DNA of 64,000 nt. It comes from Octopus vulgaris. Lineage: Eukaryota. The notes under the pieces are model-generated. The model did not search any database. It was not told the origin of the DNA and saw nothing but the letters and a program-made list of their open reading frames with translations. The stretch lies in NCBI GenBank assembly GCA_951406725.2, contig OX597818.1, positions 38,626,001 through 38,690,000 on the forward strand, written 5' to 3'. The translations under genes and the position numbers were made by a program. This document shows, in pieces, positions 50,605-63,332 of this stretch (positions within the stretch are counted from its first letter, which is position 1; each line of letters begins with the position of its first letter).

Positions 50605-51914
50605 CTGAAATTTTAAGATAATTAGTTTGAATTTTTAATATTCTTGCATTTAACGTCCATTTTCCATGCTAGCATGGGTTGGACGGTTTGACCAGGGTCT
50701 GGGAAGCCAGGAGGCTGCACCAGGCTCCAGTCTGATCTGGCAGTGTTTCTACAGCTGGATGTCCTTCCTAACACCAACCACTCCGTGAGTGTAGTGGGTG
50801 CTTTTTACGTGCCACCGGCACAGGTGCCTGGCGAGGCTGACAACGGCCATGATCGGTTGGTGCTTTTTACGTGCCACCAGCACGGAAGCCAGTCAAGGCG
50901 GTGCTGGCATCGGCCACGTTTGGATGGAGCATTTTATGTGCCACCGGCACAGGTATCACAACTACAATATTCATTTGTTGTTCACCATTTATGTAAAATC
51001 AAGCTACATGAAAAGAAGACTGTAAATTATTCCACAAACAATTGAATAATGTTAATTTTCATTAAATAATGGTTTAATTTTCATGTAAATACTAAGCTCT
51101 ATGTAATGTGTAGCCAAAATACAGTAGCCTGGAGTAGCAAAATATAATTAAAATTAATTTTTTTTATTGAAAAGTTGAGGTAAAATGAGCTGAGTATAAT
51201 CTAATGAAATATATTATATAAATTACAAACATGGCCTGGTGGTTAGGGTGATTTTGATTCTTGGATTGGGTGGTGTTCTTGAGAAAAATACTTCTTACAC
51301 ACTTTGAAAACTGGGTGACCAGTCCTAGAACTTGAGACAGTGATATCCAGGTGTTAGTGATGATGATGAGAAATATAACAAAATGTAAAGGTATTATATG
51401 TTTTACAAAGAAAAGAATTGTGTATAATTGGGAAATGAATCAAACTACTTATCTGGTGGACAGTTTTCTCCACTAATATAACAGAAGATAATTCTACATC
51501 CTCTCAAAGACTGAACACAATAAAAAAATCAATTTGCTGGACATTTTCCCCTCTCCTATGCCAAAATCTATGCAAACTACATATCTCATTCCATTCTAAG
51601 TCTTATTCTCTATTTCAAATACTCTCTGGAAGGCAGTGTTTTGATAGAATCTACTCTTACACTCACCTACTTAAAATTCTGTCTTCCTTATTTCTCTAAG
51701 TTCATTTACAATCCTTCTCTCAGCTCCTCTTGCATCTACAAGCAGTTGTTTAATTATCTTATATCTTATCTTGCTTTAAGGACAGCAATCTCAGAAGTCA
51801 TCAAACTTGGAGACTTTACTGAACACAACTCCTCTTAACTTTTATACTTTTTCCATACTAAAACTGTTGACAAAGAGGCTAAATATGCCACCCATGACTG
51901 CCCGTATCAGTTAA

Positions 51915-52135
51915 CCCTTTAGTGTTCGCATTATTCTGCCAAAATTTAATGCTTTTTATCCACATTGTTTTGAACTAATCATGCATTATCTTGTAGCTGT
52001 GAGATTTTAATGTGGTAGCTGTTAATTTTTAAAACGATATTGTAGGGTTGGTGTGAGAGACCAGATCTGGCCAGTTTGAACATAAAACAGGCAGAATACA
52101 TTTGGCTGGATATGGCCGGTTTAAATGCTAAAGGG
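51915..52135. mobile_element. TTAA MITE family 2
   Basis: TTAA|CCCTTTAG...CTAAAGGG|TTAA; other copies ~54905-55080, ~62008-62229, 21803-22998. Confidence 0.88.
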
Positions 52136-53087
52136 TTAATGTCTTCTACATTTCTTGCTGATCGACATACTAACTTTCCAACAGTTGGTGAGCTCTTTCT
52201 TACCTCCAAATCTATCAATCATCATCGAAAATTTTATCAGATTGACTAATGCCTAGAAGTAATATACTTCACGTTTGATGACTGCTCAAGACATGACACA
52301 TTGCATTCTCTACTACAGCTAACTAGTTGAAACTCCTTGGCAGAAAATTTGCTTTTTCATACAACTAAACTGGTGACTGATAATTTCCTAAGTATGTTTC
52401 TTAATACATATGCAATGAAAGCTGATATCAACCCAAAACTGTGTGATACACTTTAAGTTAGACAGGCAAAAAAGAAAAAAACCCAAAAAAACCCCTCCAG
52501 CTTGCAGTATCTGGAGATAGTCAACTAGTATTACCAACTGGAAAGCATTTACCTACTACTGCAACACCTAAAAGATTACTACCAGTAAGTAAAAATACTT
52601 TTTGTGCATCCATCATACAACCTACAAGCTCTATCACAACCTGAATTGTAGTTACATTTTCTGGTTTCCAGTCAAAAGGGTCTCTTTTAACTTAAGATTA
52701 TATATTCAATGGGCTTCTTTCAGTTTCTATCTACCAAATCCACTTGCAAGGCTTTGGTTGGCCTGAGGCTTTAGTAGAAGGCACTTGCCCAAAGTGCCAC
52801 GCAATGAGACTGAACTCAGAACCATGTGGTTGGTAAGAAAGTTTCTTACCACACAACCAAAATCCATGATATATACAAAAAAGAAAGTTGGTAGTGTTCC
52901 TTGTGCGTGTATCAGATGACAAAAGAATTCAATGAATGGTGAGATTCTGTGCTAGAACAAACCTGTTCAATCAATGCTAATATGGAATAAATACATAAAT
53001 CAATTAAAATGATGATGTAAAACAGTTAAATTAATTAAAATTGATAGTGAAAAAAAAAAAACAAACAAAAGATTTTACATTACTTAC

Positions 53088-53177
53088 TCCATAATGTAAT
53101 TTTCCTTTTCTTCTAAAACTTTTTGCAGAGTATCTTGAAGAGTGAGAACATTTTCAAGGCATTCAAGTAGTCCAACA
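53088..53177 (-). CDS. PRKDC: DNA-PKcs hinge exon
   Basis: ttttag/gtaagt, 90 bp phase 2-2; VGLLECLENVLTLQDTL (human LGLIEWLENTVTLKDLL). Confidence 0.95.
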
Positions 53178-53411
53178 CTAAAAACAGTGCAAAAAAAAAA
53201 TAAAACAGATTATACTAAAAAGAGACAAATATATATTTTAGAACTGGTTTAACCAGAACTCAATGCTATATTTATATCAAGGAGCAGTGGTAAGTCGGAA
53301 TCTTAGCTGCCAACAAATCAAGTTTAATTTGATTTTCCAGATGAAGCCATTTCATTTCATTTATATTAGTAATGCTCAAAGGAAAGACAAATATTTCAAA
53401 GGGTACTTTGT

Positions 53412-53960
53412 ACTGAGGGAGAAAAATGTAACTATTCTTTGGGACTTCTCAGTACATACAGATCAGACCATCAAAGCAAACAAACCAGATATTGTTGTGA
53501 AAGACCAAAGCAATAAAGTCTATTTATTGATTGACATGAGAATACCCTGTGACCATAACATTTCAGCAAAAGAATTTGATAAGCTCAGAAAATATAAAGA
53601 TTTGCTAATTGAAATAGAAAAGATATGGCATCTCAAGATGGTTACAATACCAGTGATTGTAGGAACACTTGGAATGATTAAAAAAGGAAATGAAAATTAT
53701 TTAAGAATGATCCCTGGATTACCATCCATACAGGAAGTGCAAGAGATTGTCTTAACTGGTACGTTACACATAGTGAGAAGAGCATTGTCACTCGTGTTTA
53801 GTTTTTTATTTTTTCTCTCTGTCTTTCTTCCCCTTTTTCTCTACCACATGACTTTGTAAATGGACAACTTGGCGTGTTTATTTTCTCTGCCATAGGTGTC
53901 AAGAAGACACTCAGCAAAAAAACGGAAACAGAATTGGAGGAAGATGAGGAGGATGAGGAG
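53412..53960 (+). mobile_element. R4/Dong-like RLE 3' fragment, second copy
   Basis: Open frame ILWDFSVHTDQTIKANKPDIVVKD..KLRKYKDL..IPVIVGTLG. Confidence 0.9.
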
Positions 53961-54508
53961 GCAGTGGATCTCTTGGCTTCTGATCTTAACTGATTGGAAG
54001 TGTTATCATCTAAATTGTTTTGCCTTGGTATAAAAGATGGGCTACAGCAAATATTCTACTCAATACCACAGATTTGCTTGTCAGTTGTTTGACCATAACC
54101 AGTTGAGCATGTCCCTTAGTGGCTGATGATATGTGCATCTCTGATCACGAGTAGAAGTAGTGGGGGAGCATCAAGGCCATGTTTTGAGAGGAATTCTTTG
54201 AGGTTTGAATAATTCACCTCTGTAAACATGGGTGTTTCGTTCAACATCCTTAAACAACCCTTATTCAGGGACCTTTTGAGCAGGATGGGTTACTCGACCA
54301 GAAGAAAATTCTAACTGGGCCTCCACTTGCAAGGTCATGTGCTGTTTATCTTGATATGAGATCACCATGTCGTGCACATATGGTTGTGATGCATGTGCCT
54401 AGCGTACCTTTATCAGACGGGTAGTCATGATGGGTATACTGGGCTTCGTATATTTTACCCCAGTGTTATTTTGATGGCATGCACTGCTCTCTCACTCACT
54501 CAATAATG

Positions 54509-54560
<52 letters not shown>
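53961..54560 (+). mobile_element. Unclassified (TAA)n-tailed retroposon
   Basis: ~600 bp absent from the paralogous segment at ~50040-50118; ends in a long (AAT)n. Confidence 0.6.
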
Positions 54561-54562
<2 letters not shown>

Positions 54563-55225
54563 TGGTGAGCTGGAAGAATCATTAATGTGTTGGACAAAAA
54601 TGCTTAGTCCTTTATGTTTTGAGTTCAAATCCTGTTGAAGTCACACATAGTGAGAAGAGCATTGCACGAGTGTTAGTTACACGACACTGGCATTGGCCAC
54701 ATTGCCTCCATGAGGCCCAACACTTGAAAGGTGCTTTTTACATGCCACATATGTGACACTAACAACAGCCACAACTAACACTTCACTTGGTCTGACAATT
54801 CTTCTCAAGCATGGTATATAGTCAAAGGTCTCGGTCCCTATATAATTATTATACGATTTGTTTTGAGTGCATCTACATTGTGTATCATGAATAAAAATTA
54901 TTTTAAACCTTTAGCATTCAGATTACTCTGTCAAATATAATGCTTCCTTCACATTGTTTTGAAATAAGCATGCATTATCTCATAGCCTGAAGATTTTGAT
55001 GATGTGATTGTTTATTTTTAGAATGACATTGTAGGGTAAGTGTGAAAATCTAGATCTGGCTGGTTTAGATGCTAAAGGGTTAAATATTTCACCTGATGCA
55101 GCTCCCCAGCTTGTCAGCATGGACAACAGATGTTAAATGATGATGGTGGTGATGATGATGACGATGATGATGATGATATCAGACCAAATTACAGAGAATA
55201 AAACATGCCAATATGGCAACATCTA

Positions 55226-56820
55226 CTGTAAATTTTCCCCCCAAAATTTAAAGGTCAAAGTCCCTAGTGCGTACTATATATGAGGTTAAAAATGAAAAAA
55301 TTTTCTAAGCAATGTTCGAGTCTCCATTTGCTGTCCGGCAATGTTTATTCAGATGCATTTTGTGATGTCGGGCGCAAAAATACCTTAAGCTAAGCCTGAA
55401 AGCAATGAAGTCATAAAAGGATCATCCATAACTTGCAGTAAGCAACATTTATTAAAATAAAAGTATTCAGAACACAGAATAACATGCAACAAAAACAATT
55501 TGTAAACATATTTACATTCCCATATAACAGTTAAGAACATCACCGTTATTGTATAACGCATTCACCTAGCAGCTATATCCTGAGTACAGATAAGTTGAAA
55601 ACTTATTTTCACTTCTCGACCAATCATACTACACTCAAAACATGTTTTTATCTATCTATCTATTTTATCCACTTCCATTTCTCCACCGTCCCTTATTTAT
55701 TTTGCCCGTCTAAGTCCTCGCTCTCTCGTCTATCAACCTTTGCGTATTCCTTTATTAATTTTGCCCGTCCAAATCCTCGCTCTCTCGTCTATCAACCTTC
55801 GCCATCTTGAAGTCCGTTTCTTTAGTACACTTCCGCCTTGTCTAAAAATTCCCCTTCCGGTCAACTTTACTTAAAAGGCAACCCCACACGTGCTCTATCT
55901 CATTCACCTAGCAGCTATATCCTGAGTACAGATAAGTTGAAAACTTATTTTCACTTCTCGACCAATCATACTACACTCAAAACATGTTTTTATCTATCTA
56001 TCTATTTTATCCACTTCCATTTCTCCACCGTCCCTTTATTTATTTTGCCCGTCTAAGTCCTCGCTCTCTCGTCTATCAACCTTTGCGTATTCGCGGTGCA
56101 CTCGCCCTTGCCCACCCCCACCACCAATACCGGATATCTCTATATTTTTGCTCCATCTATACCGGATGTCGCTTCTCCCATCACCATTATAGGTGTCTAC
56201 TCTTCGAACCCCCCTCTTCAATACGCTATTTCACCATGCATTACCCCTCTCGTAATATCCTACATTCTACTTGTCTAGAACCTGTCATCGTTTATCCGAA
56301 CACCCCCTTCCACTGGTGCTCCCTTATATTTCTGCCCCCCCACATAAAAAGTACCATCCGAACGTGGCCGATGCCAGCACCGCCCCGACTGGCTTCTGTG
56401 CAGGTGGCACATAAAAGGCACCAACCGACCGTGGCCGATGCCAGACCCCTCTGGCACTTGTGCAGGTGGCACGTAAAAAGCACCCACTACACTCGCGGAG
56501 TGGTTGGCGTTAGGAAGGGCATCCAGCTGTAGAAACACTGCCAGACCAGACTGGAGCCTGGGGCAGCCCCTGGCTCCCCAGACCCCGGTCGAAACCGTCC
56601 AACCCGTGCTAGCGCGGAAAACGGACGTTAAACGATGATGATGATGATGATGATGCGCAGAAGTGTTTGTTCGACCAGGTGCTGCTGGTTTAATTACGCA
56701 TGACTCAAGTTAGAGAAGGGGTGCGTATTATACACAAGGTTTAGGTTTTTCAGAGGTACAACCCACTAAAACTCCTCTGTGTATTATACTCAAGGGTGGA
56801 CTATACTCGAGGATTTACGG
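55226..56820. mobile_element. Tc1/mariner (pogo-like) non-autonomous element split by composite copy 2
   Basis: TA|CTGTAAAT...ATTTACGG|TA termini; subterminal GTGCGTAYTATA motifs in both halves. Confidence 0.65.
55559..56655 (+). mobile_element. Composite retroposon copy 2
   Basis: 342-bp unit x1.56 (55559, 55901), then the same linker, one VNTR unit and family-R tail as copy 1; possible CGCA TSD. Confidence 0.75.
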
Positions 56821-56943
56821 TATGTGAATGTTGGTCTTACTAGAAATAGTAGTCAAGTCTCTTTCAAAATTTACATACTGCTATTTTAAAAAAAAGATAA
56901 AAGGAACTACATATTGGATTAATGCTTAAGGATTAATGGAAAG

Positions 56944-57037
56944 TATGATAAAGATGATGATGATAAAGATGATGATGAAGATGATGATAAAGATGATGAC
57001 GAAGATGATGATAAAGATGATGACGAAGATGATGATA
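56944..57037. repeat. (GAT)-derived 24-bp minisatellite
   Basis: GATAAAGATGATGAYGAAGATGAT repeated about 3.5 times. Confidence 0.85.
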
Positions 57038-57069
57038 AAAACAAAAAAAATGTCTTCAATGAACCATAC

Positions 57070-57290
57070 CGTGTAGTCATTGGTATAATTTGATATGTCT
57101 TCAGCTGTAATCTCTTGGTTTGGCAGATGGAATTTTTTTTAAATATTTCATTGATGACTTCAGACAGTTGTCCAATTCTCTGGTCTTGACGTAAATCTTC
57201 TCCACATTTTACTATGAAGGGATATTCCTTTTGATTGTTACCTCGAATTATAATCTTTCTTGGCTTTTGTAATGATCTGAAGGTTTGGAC
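57070..57290 (-). CDS. PRKDC: DNA-PKcs kinase N-lobe exon
   Basis: tttaag/gtatgg, phase 0-2; VQTFRSLQKPRKIIIRG..FIVKCGEDLRQDQR..LKTYQIIPMTTR. Confidence 0.97.
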
Positions 57291-57812
57291 CTTAAAAAAG
57301 AGAAAGAGAAAAAAAGACAATGGGTGTGAGGTTAAGAAGCTTGTTTTGCAACCAAGTGATTTCAGGTTCAGTCTCGTTGTGTGTCAACTCAGGAAAGTGT
57401 CTTCTACTATAGCCTTGGGCTGACCAATGCCTAAGGAGTGAATTAGGCTGAAAGAAACTATGTGGAACCCCATTCTGTACATATTCATTTATTTGCTTCA
57501 GTCATTAGACTGCGGTCATGCTGGAGCACCACCTATAGTTGAACAAATTGACCCTAGGACTTATTCTTTGAAAGCCTAGTATTTACTCTATTAGTCTCTT
57601 TTGCCACACCGCTGAGTTACGGGGACGTAAACACACCAGCAATGGTTGTCAAGTGATGGTGGTGGTGGGGACACACAGACGTACAAACATACACACACAC
57701 ATACATATATGCGTGGCACCTTGGGCAAGTGTCTTCTTCTATAGCCTCGGGCCGACCAAAGCCTTCTGAGTGGATTTGGTAGATGGAAACTGAAAGAAGC
57801 CCGTCGTATATA

Positions 57813-57854
<42 letters not shown>

Positions 57855-59404
57855 TGTGTGTGTTTGTGTGTCTGTGTTTGTCCCCCTAGCATTGCTTGAC
57901 AACCGATGCTGGTGTGTTTATGTCCCCGTTACTTAGCGGTTCGGCAAAAGAGACCGATAGAATAAGTACTGGGCTTACAAAAGAATAAGTCCTGGGGTCG
58001 ATTTGCTCGACTAAAGGCGGTGCTCCAGCATGGCCGCAGTCAAATGACTGAAACAAGTAAAAGAGTAAAAGAGAGTAAGAGTAGAGTATATATGACAGGC
58101 TTCTTTCAGTTTCATTTACCACATCCACTCACAAGGCTTTGGTCGGCCCGAGGCTACAGTAGAAGACACTTGCCCAAGGTGTCACGCAGTAGGACTGAAC
58201 CTAGAACCATGTGGTTGGTAAGCAGGCTACTTACCACACATCCACTCCTGTGCCATAGGTTTTATTTTTATTAATATTTAGTAGAAGTAACAGAGTGACT
58301 CAAGGTTCAAGAGTTTTGTGATGTCTGGCCCGGTTAAGAGTACCCCTGATGTGTCCGGTGATATGATATGCTTGAGAAGACCTGTTGAGTCATGTAAAAC
58401 CAATATTGTAGCTGTGGCCTGTGCCCCATGATAGGCTCCTGTGTCGGTGGCACGTAAAAAGCACCATCTAAACACGGTCACTGCCAGTTCGGCCTGACTG
58501 GCTCCCATGCTAGTGGCATGTAAAAAGCACCATCCAAACGTAGCTGATGCCAGGTCTCCCTGACTGGCCCTCATGCTGGTGGCATGCAAAAAGGACCATC
58601 TGAACGTTGTCAATGACAGGTCCACCCGACTAGCTCCTGTGCTAGTGGCACATAAAAAGCAACCACTACACTCTCAGAGTGGTTGGCATTAGGAAGGGCA
58701 TCCAGCTGTAGATCAAATTGGAGCCTGGTGCAGTCGCTGGCTCTCCAGACCTCTATCAAACCGTCCAATCCATGCCAGCACGGAAAACATGTTAAACGAT
58801 GATGATGATGATGTTATATCATCATCATTTAATGTCCGTTGTCCATGCTGGCATGGGTTGGAAGGTTTGACCAGGCCGGCATGTTGAAAGGCTGCATCAG
58901 ACCCCAGTCTGATTTGGTATGGTTTTCTATGGCTGGGTGCCCTTCCTAACACCGATGGGTGTCATTTGCGTGACACCGGTATCTGCCACAACTGCGATTT
59001 TGCTCGGCTTGATGGGTCTTCTTCTTAAGAACGACATAATGCCAAAGGCTTTGGTCATTGCCTCGTGAGACCCAACACTCAAAAAGAACTTTGCCTCCAT
59101 GAGGCCCAACTTTCAAAAGGAACACAGCCACACTGTCCCTGCGAGGCCCAACACTCGAAAAGTGTTCTTTACATGCCACCAGCACAGGTACCAGTTACCA
59201 TGACTATGATTTCACTTGGCTTGACAAGTCTTCTCAAGCACAGCACATCGCCAAAGGTCTTGGTCACTAGTTATTGCCTCAGTAGGGCCCAAAGTTTGAG
59301 GAGCATGCTTCACCACTTTGTCCCATGTCTTCCTGGGTCTATCTCTACCACAGGTTCCCTCCACTGTTGGAGATCAGCACTTTTTTATACAGCTGGCAGT
59401 TGAT

Positions 59405-60445
59405 GGAGTTTATTTTCTACACATTTTCAGTGTTTATTGTACCTGTGCATCTTCCACATACAACAGCTTGTTTTCCTGTTAACTCTCCTCTTATATTGCT
59501 GCAAATCTTATGTGTCCAAAGCTTACACCAGGTGCATCTTATGGAGTTTCTACCTACACCTTTTCTACAGATCAAGCAAGGCCATCTACCTGAAGGAATT
59601 TGTGATTTGTCTGCTTCCCTTCTCACTAAGTCTTTGGTTTTTGCTAGGTTAACTCTAAGGCCCTTTGATTCTAGACCTTGCTTCTATACCTGAAACTTCT
59701 CTAGTTCAGGTTGTGATTCAGCTATTAGAGCAAAGTCATCAGCATAGAGGAGCTCCCAGGGGTAGCCTATCTTGAATTCCTCTGTTATTGCTTGGAGGAC
59801 TATGATGAACAAGACAGGGCTGAGCACTGATCCTTGGTGAACCCCTACTTGTACCCTGAATTCTTCGCTGTACTCATTGCCAATTCTCACCTTACTGGTA
59901 GCATCCCTGTACATAGCTTGTACAGCTCTCACCAACCGCTCGTCTATCCTAGTTTCTGCACTGACCATCAGAAAAGAGATTGGGGGACCCTGTCAAAGGC
60001 TTTCCCCAAGTCAACAGAAGCCAAGTACAGAAGTTTATCTTAGGCTATGTATTTCTCTTACCATTTCCTCATCAGAAATATAGCATCAGTGGTGCTTCTC
60101 CCTGGCACAAAACCAAACTGCATCTCAACTAAGCTAACTCTCTCCCTAATTATTTGAGCTATGACTCTCCCCGTAACTTTCATTACCTAGTCCAGCAATT
60201 TGATACCTCAATAATTATTTCTCTCTAAAGCATCGCCTTTACCTTTGTAGCAGTTGACTATGGTGCTGCTACACCAGTCATTGGATATGACTCCTTTGTG
60301 AACCACCTGATTTACAATACAGGTGACTAGACCATAACCCACACTGCCAGATATTTAAAGCATCTTAGCGGTGATTCCTGATGGGCCAGGTGCTTTTTCT
60401 GTCTTGATATCCTTAATTGCTTTATCTACCACGGAACTGTCAATT
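59405..60445 (-). mobile_element. RTE LINE RT fragment with internal C4HC3 finger
   Basis: KAPGPSG, MQFGFVPGRSTTDAI, GVHQGSVLSP, LLYADD, VNLAKTK followed by CLIC..CTWC..HKIC..CGRC. Confidence 0.92.
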
Positions 60446-60464
60446 ATATGATTATATATATATA

Positions 60465-60673
60465 TATGAAGGGATGCTGAAAAGTTTCTGGCTTTAAGGG
60501 TACTGTGAAATGTTTGGATGGCGGCTCAACCTTCTGAGTTCTTTTACAGGGATTAGAAAAACTGAAAGATCGCTGCAATAAGTGTGTGAAACCGAGAGCG
60601 GAAAATGTTGAATAAAATTATAATTAACTGATCCACTTAGATTTTCTGTTACTCAACGCCAGGAACTTTTCAT
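60465..60673 (+). mobile_element. Mariner-derived MITE
   Basis: TIR-like TGCTGAAAAGTTTCTGGC / GCCAGGAACTTTTCA; retains transposase end DRCNKCVK..ENVE*. Confidence 0.7.
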
Positions 60674-61698
60674 ACATTACATCAACCCCAGAACTTGACT
60701 AGTAGTTTATTTTATTGATTCCATTGGAATAAAAGGCAAAGTTGACTTTAGTGGGGGTTGAACCCAGAATGTAATGAGCCAGAAGTAATACCTATTTCTT
60801 TACTACCCACAAGGGGCTAAACACAGAGAGGACACACAAAGACGGACAAACAGATTAAGTCGATTATATCGACCCCAGTGCGTAACTGGTACTTAATTTA
60901 TCAACCCTGAAAGGATGAAAGGCAAAGTCGACCTCGGTGGAATCTGAACTCAGAATGTAACGGCAGAAATAATATCACTAAGCATTTTATCCAATGTGTT
61001 AATGATTCTCCAAGCTTGTTACCTTAGAAAAGTAATTAGTAGACCATAAACATAAATTGAATAGTATAAGGAAATATGAAACGAAAGAAAGAAAACTGTT
61101 TTCTCTTCACAAATGAGAAAAACATTAAGGCACAAATAAAGAGTTAAGAAAGAAGTTATAAATAAGGCAATCATCCTTTGACCCATTTTCATTTTACTTC
61201 TATTATCATTCACTTATTTCCTGTTTGCCATTTAACAACCTTCTGCTTCCACACTGTTCTTATTAGCATAATCGAAAATCAAAACAGTTTAATATATGGA
61301 TGTTATAATAGTGATTTCTTTTGGCAAGGTTAACATTTTGAAAATGAATGTGGAATCATTAAGTCTCTCCTTATTATATTCCTAGTACTTTTATCATTGA
61401 TCATAGAGTAAGTTTGAATTTAGAACTGAAAGAAATCAAATAGGATGTATTAACCATAGGTGAATCTTTTGGTTTTTCAGCCTGTCAGAAAAGGTAGCCA
61501 AAATACCCTTAACGTACAACTACCATCTTTAAAACGATATCGAAAATTACATTGGATAATGTAGTATTAGAGATATAACATCTATACAAAAAACAAAATG
61601 GGAGCGGGTTATTCTTTTGATCATAGGTCTGCTTAATAAAGGCTGACCTAGGAGTAAATATTAAGAACAATCTAAAATAAAATATTTCAATAACTTAC

Positions 61699-61766
61699 CT
61701 GTTGGTCAAAGCCAGAGATTTTTATATGATATTCTAGTAAAGGTTTACTAAATCCATGATACTGAC
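61699..61766 (-). CDS. PRKDC: DNA-PKcs exon at the start of the kinase domain (gene continues beyond the window)
   Basis: ttctag/gtaagt, phase 1-0; GQYHGFSKPLLEYHIKISGFDQQ (human [23 protein letters not shown]). Confidence 0.96.
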
Positions 61767-62604
61767 CTAGAAAATAAGATCAATAGTGCATTATAATAAA
61801 GCTGGATTTAAAAAAAAATCACAATGATGGTTTATTATATATAACAAGTAGGGAACCTGCAACCTTCGAAGTCCTTAAAACAGGATTCATTATAGGACCA
61901 GGGGTAGTCTTGGGTGAGTTGGTATCAAAAGGGTTACATTTTTCAATTAAACCCATTCAATACAATCAACTGAAAAACTTAAAACACATACAAGGAAATA
62001 GTATTTAACACTTTAATACTCAGAGTACTCCATCAAATTTAATGCTTTTTGATTCACACTGTTTTGAAGTAACCATGCATTATCTTGTAGCTTTAAGATT
62101 TTGATGATGTGGTTGCTTATTTTTAGAATGACATTGTAGGGTAGGTGTGAGAGGCTGAATATGGCCAGTCTGAACATAAAACAAGTAGGATATTTGGGCC
62201 GGAAATGACCGGTTTAAATATTAAAGGGTTAAATTGCCACACACGGAAGACCCTCCTTCACAGCAGAAGTGTTAAGGACACTTCACCTGGTGAAGAGGAT
62301 TGGTTTGCAAGAGTCCTGTGCCAGTGTCAGATAAAAAAACATTTGTGTTGATGCCACATAAAAGTGCTCATGTTGGCACCATGTTAAAGCACCCAGGACA
62401 TACTGTAAAGTGGTTGGTGTTAGGAAGGGCAACCGCTGTAGAAACTAAACCAAATCAGAATGGAACCTGGTGCAGCTCACCAGCTTTGGACAAACAGTCC
62501 AACCCATAAAGAATAGTTAAAAAAAAACACCTTTTCTTCTCCAATAAATATTTTTCAAATAAAACCATTCAAACCATCCAACTGAAAAATTCCACACACA
62601 CACG

Positions 62605-62650
<46 letters not shown>

Positions 62651-63332
62651 GAATAAAATTACTTAAAATAAACAAATATAAACACATACCTATTTCTTTA
62701 CTACCCACAAGGGTCTAAACACAGAGGGGACAAACAAGGACAGACAAATGGATCAAGTCGATTACATCGACCCCAGTGCGTAACTGGTACTTATTTAATC
62801 GACCCCGAAAGGATGAAAGGCAAAGTCGACCTTGGCGAAATTTGAACTCAGAACGTAACGGCAGACGAAATACGGCTACGCATTTCGCCCAGCGTGCTAA
62901 CGTTTCTGCCAGCTTGCATATAAACACATACCACCAACCCACCAATGTACCATAAATAAATGAATAACCCCCCCACCACCCACCGTCAGTTACAAGAAAT
63001 ATTATCCCACAGATATAACACATACAACCAATGAAATACCTAATGAACAAACACAAATGCCAGACCACCCACATACATCAATATACATATACACACCAAT
63101 ACGGAGTCATATCAGTTTCACCTAAAGTTTACTGTGGTATGAACCTTGAGTTGCAGGACAAACTCTCAGCTTTAGTTTCAAGAGGCATTATATGCAGTGT
63201 GCAAGAGAGAAGAAAGTGCAGGTATGGTCAGGTGATGCATATGGAGGAGGACAGCAGCATAAAGAATTGCTAATCTCTAATTGTGGAAGAAACCTGTGGA
63301 AGTGGTAGACCCAGGAAGACATGGGACAAAGC

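Noticed and set aside
58430-58670. Regularly spaced GGTGGCAYGTAAAAAGCACC repeats resembling a CRISPR array
   Set aside because: Spacers are homologous to each other, the array is the internal subrepeat of family R, the context is eukaryotic and there are no cas genes
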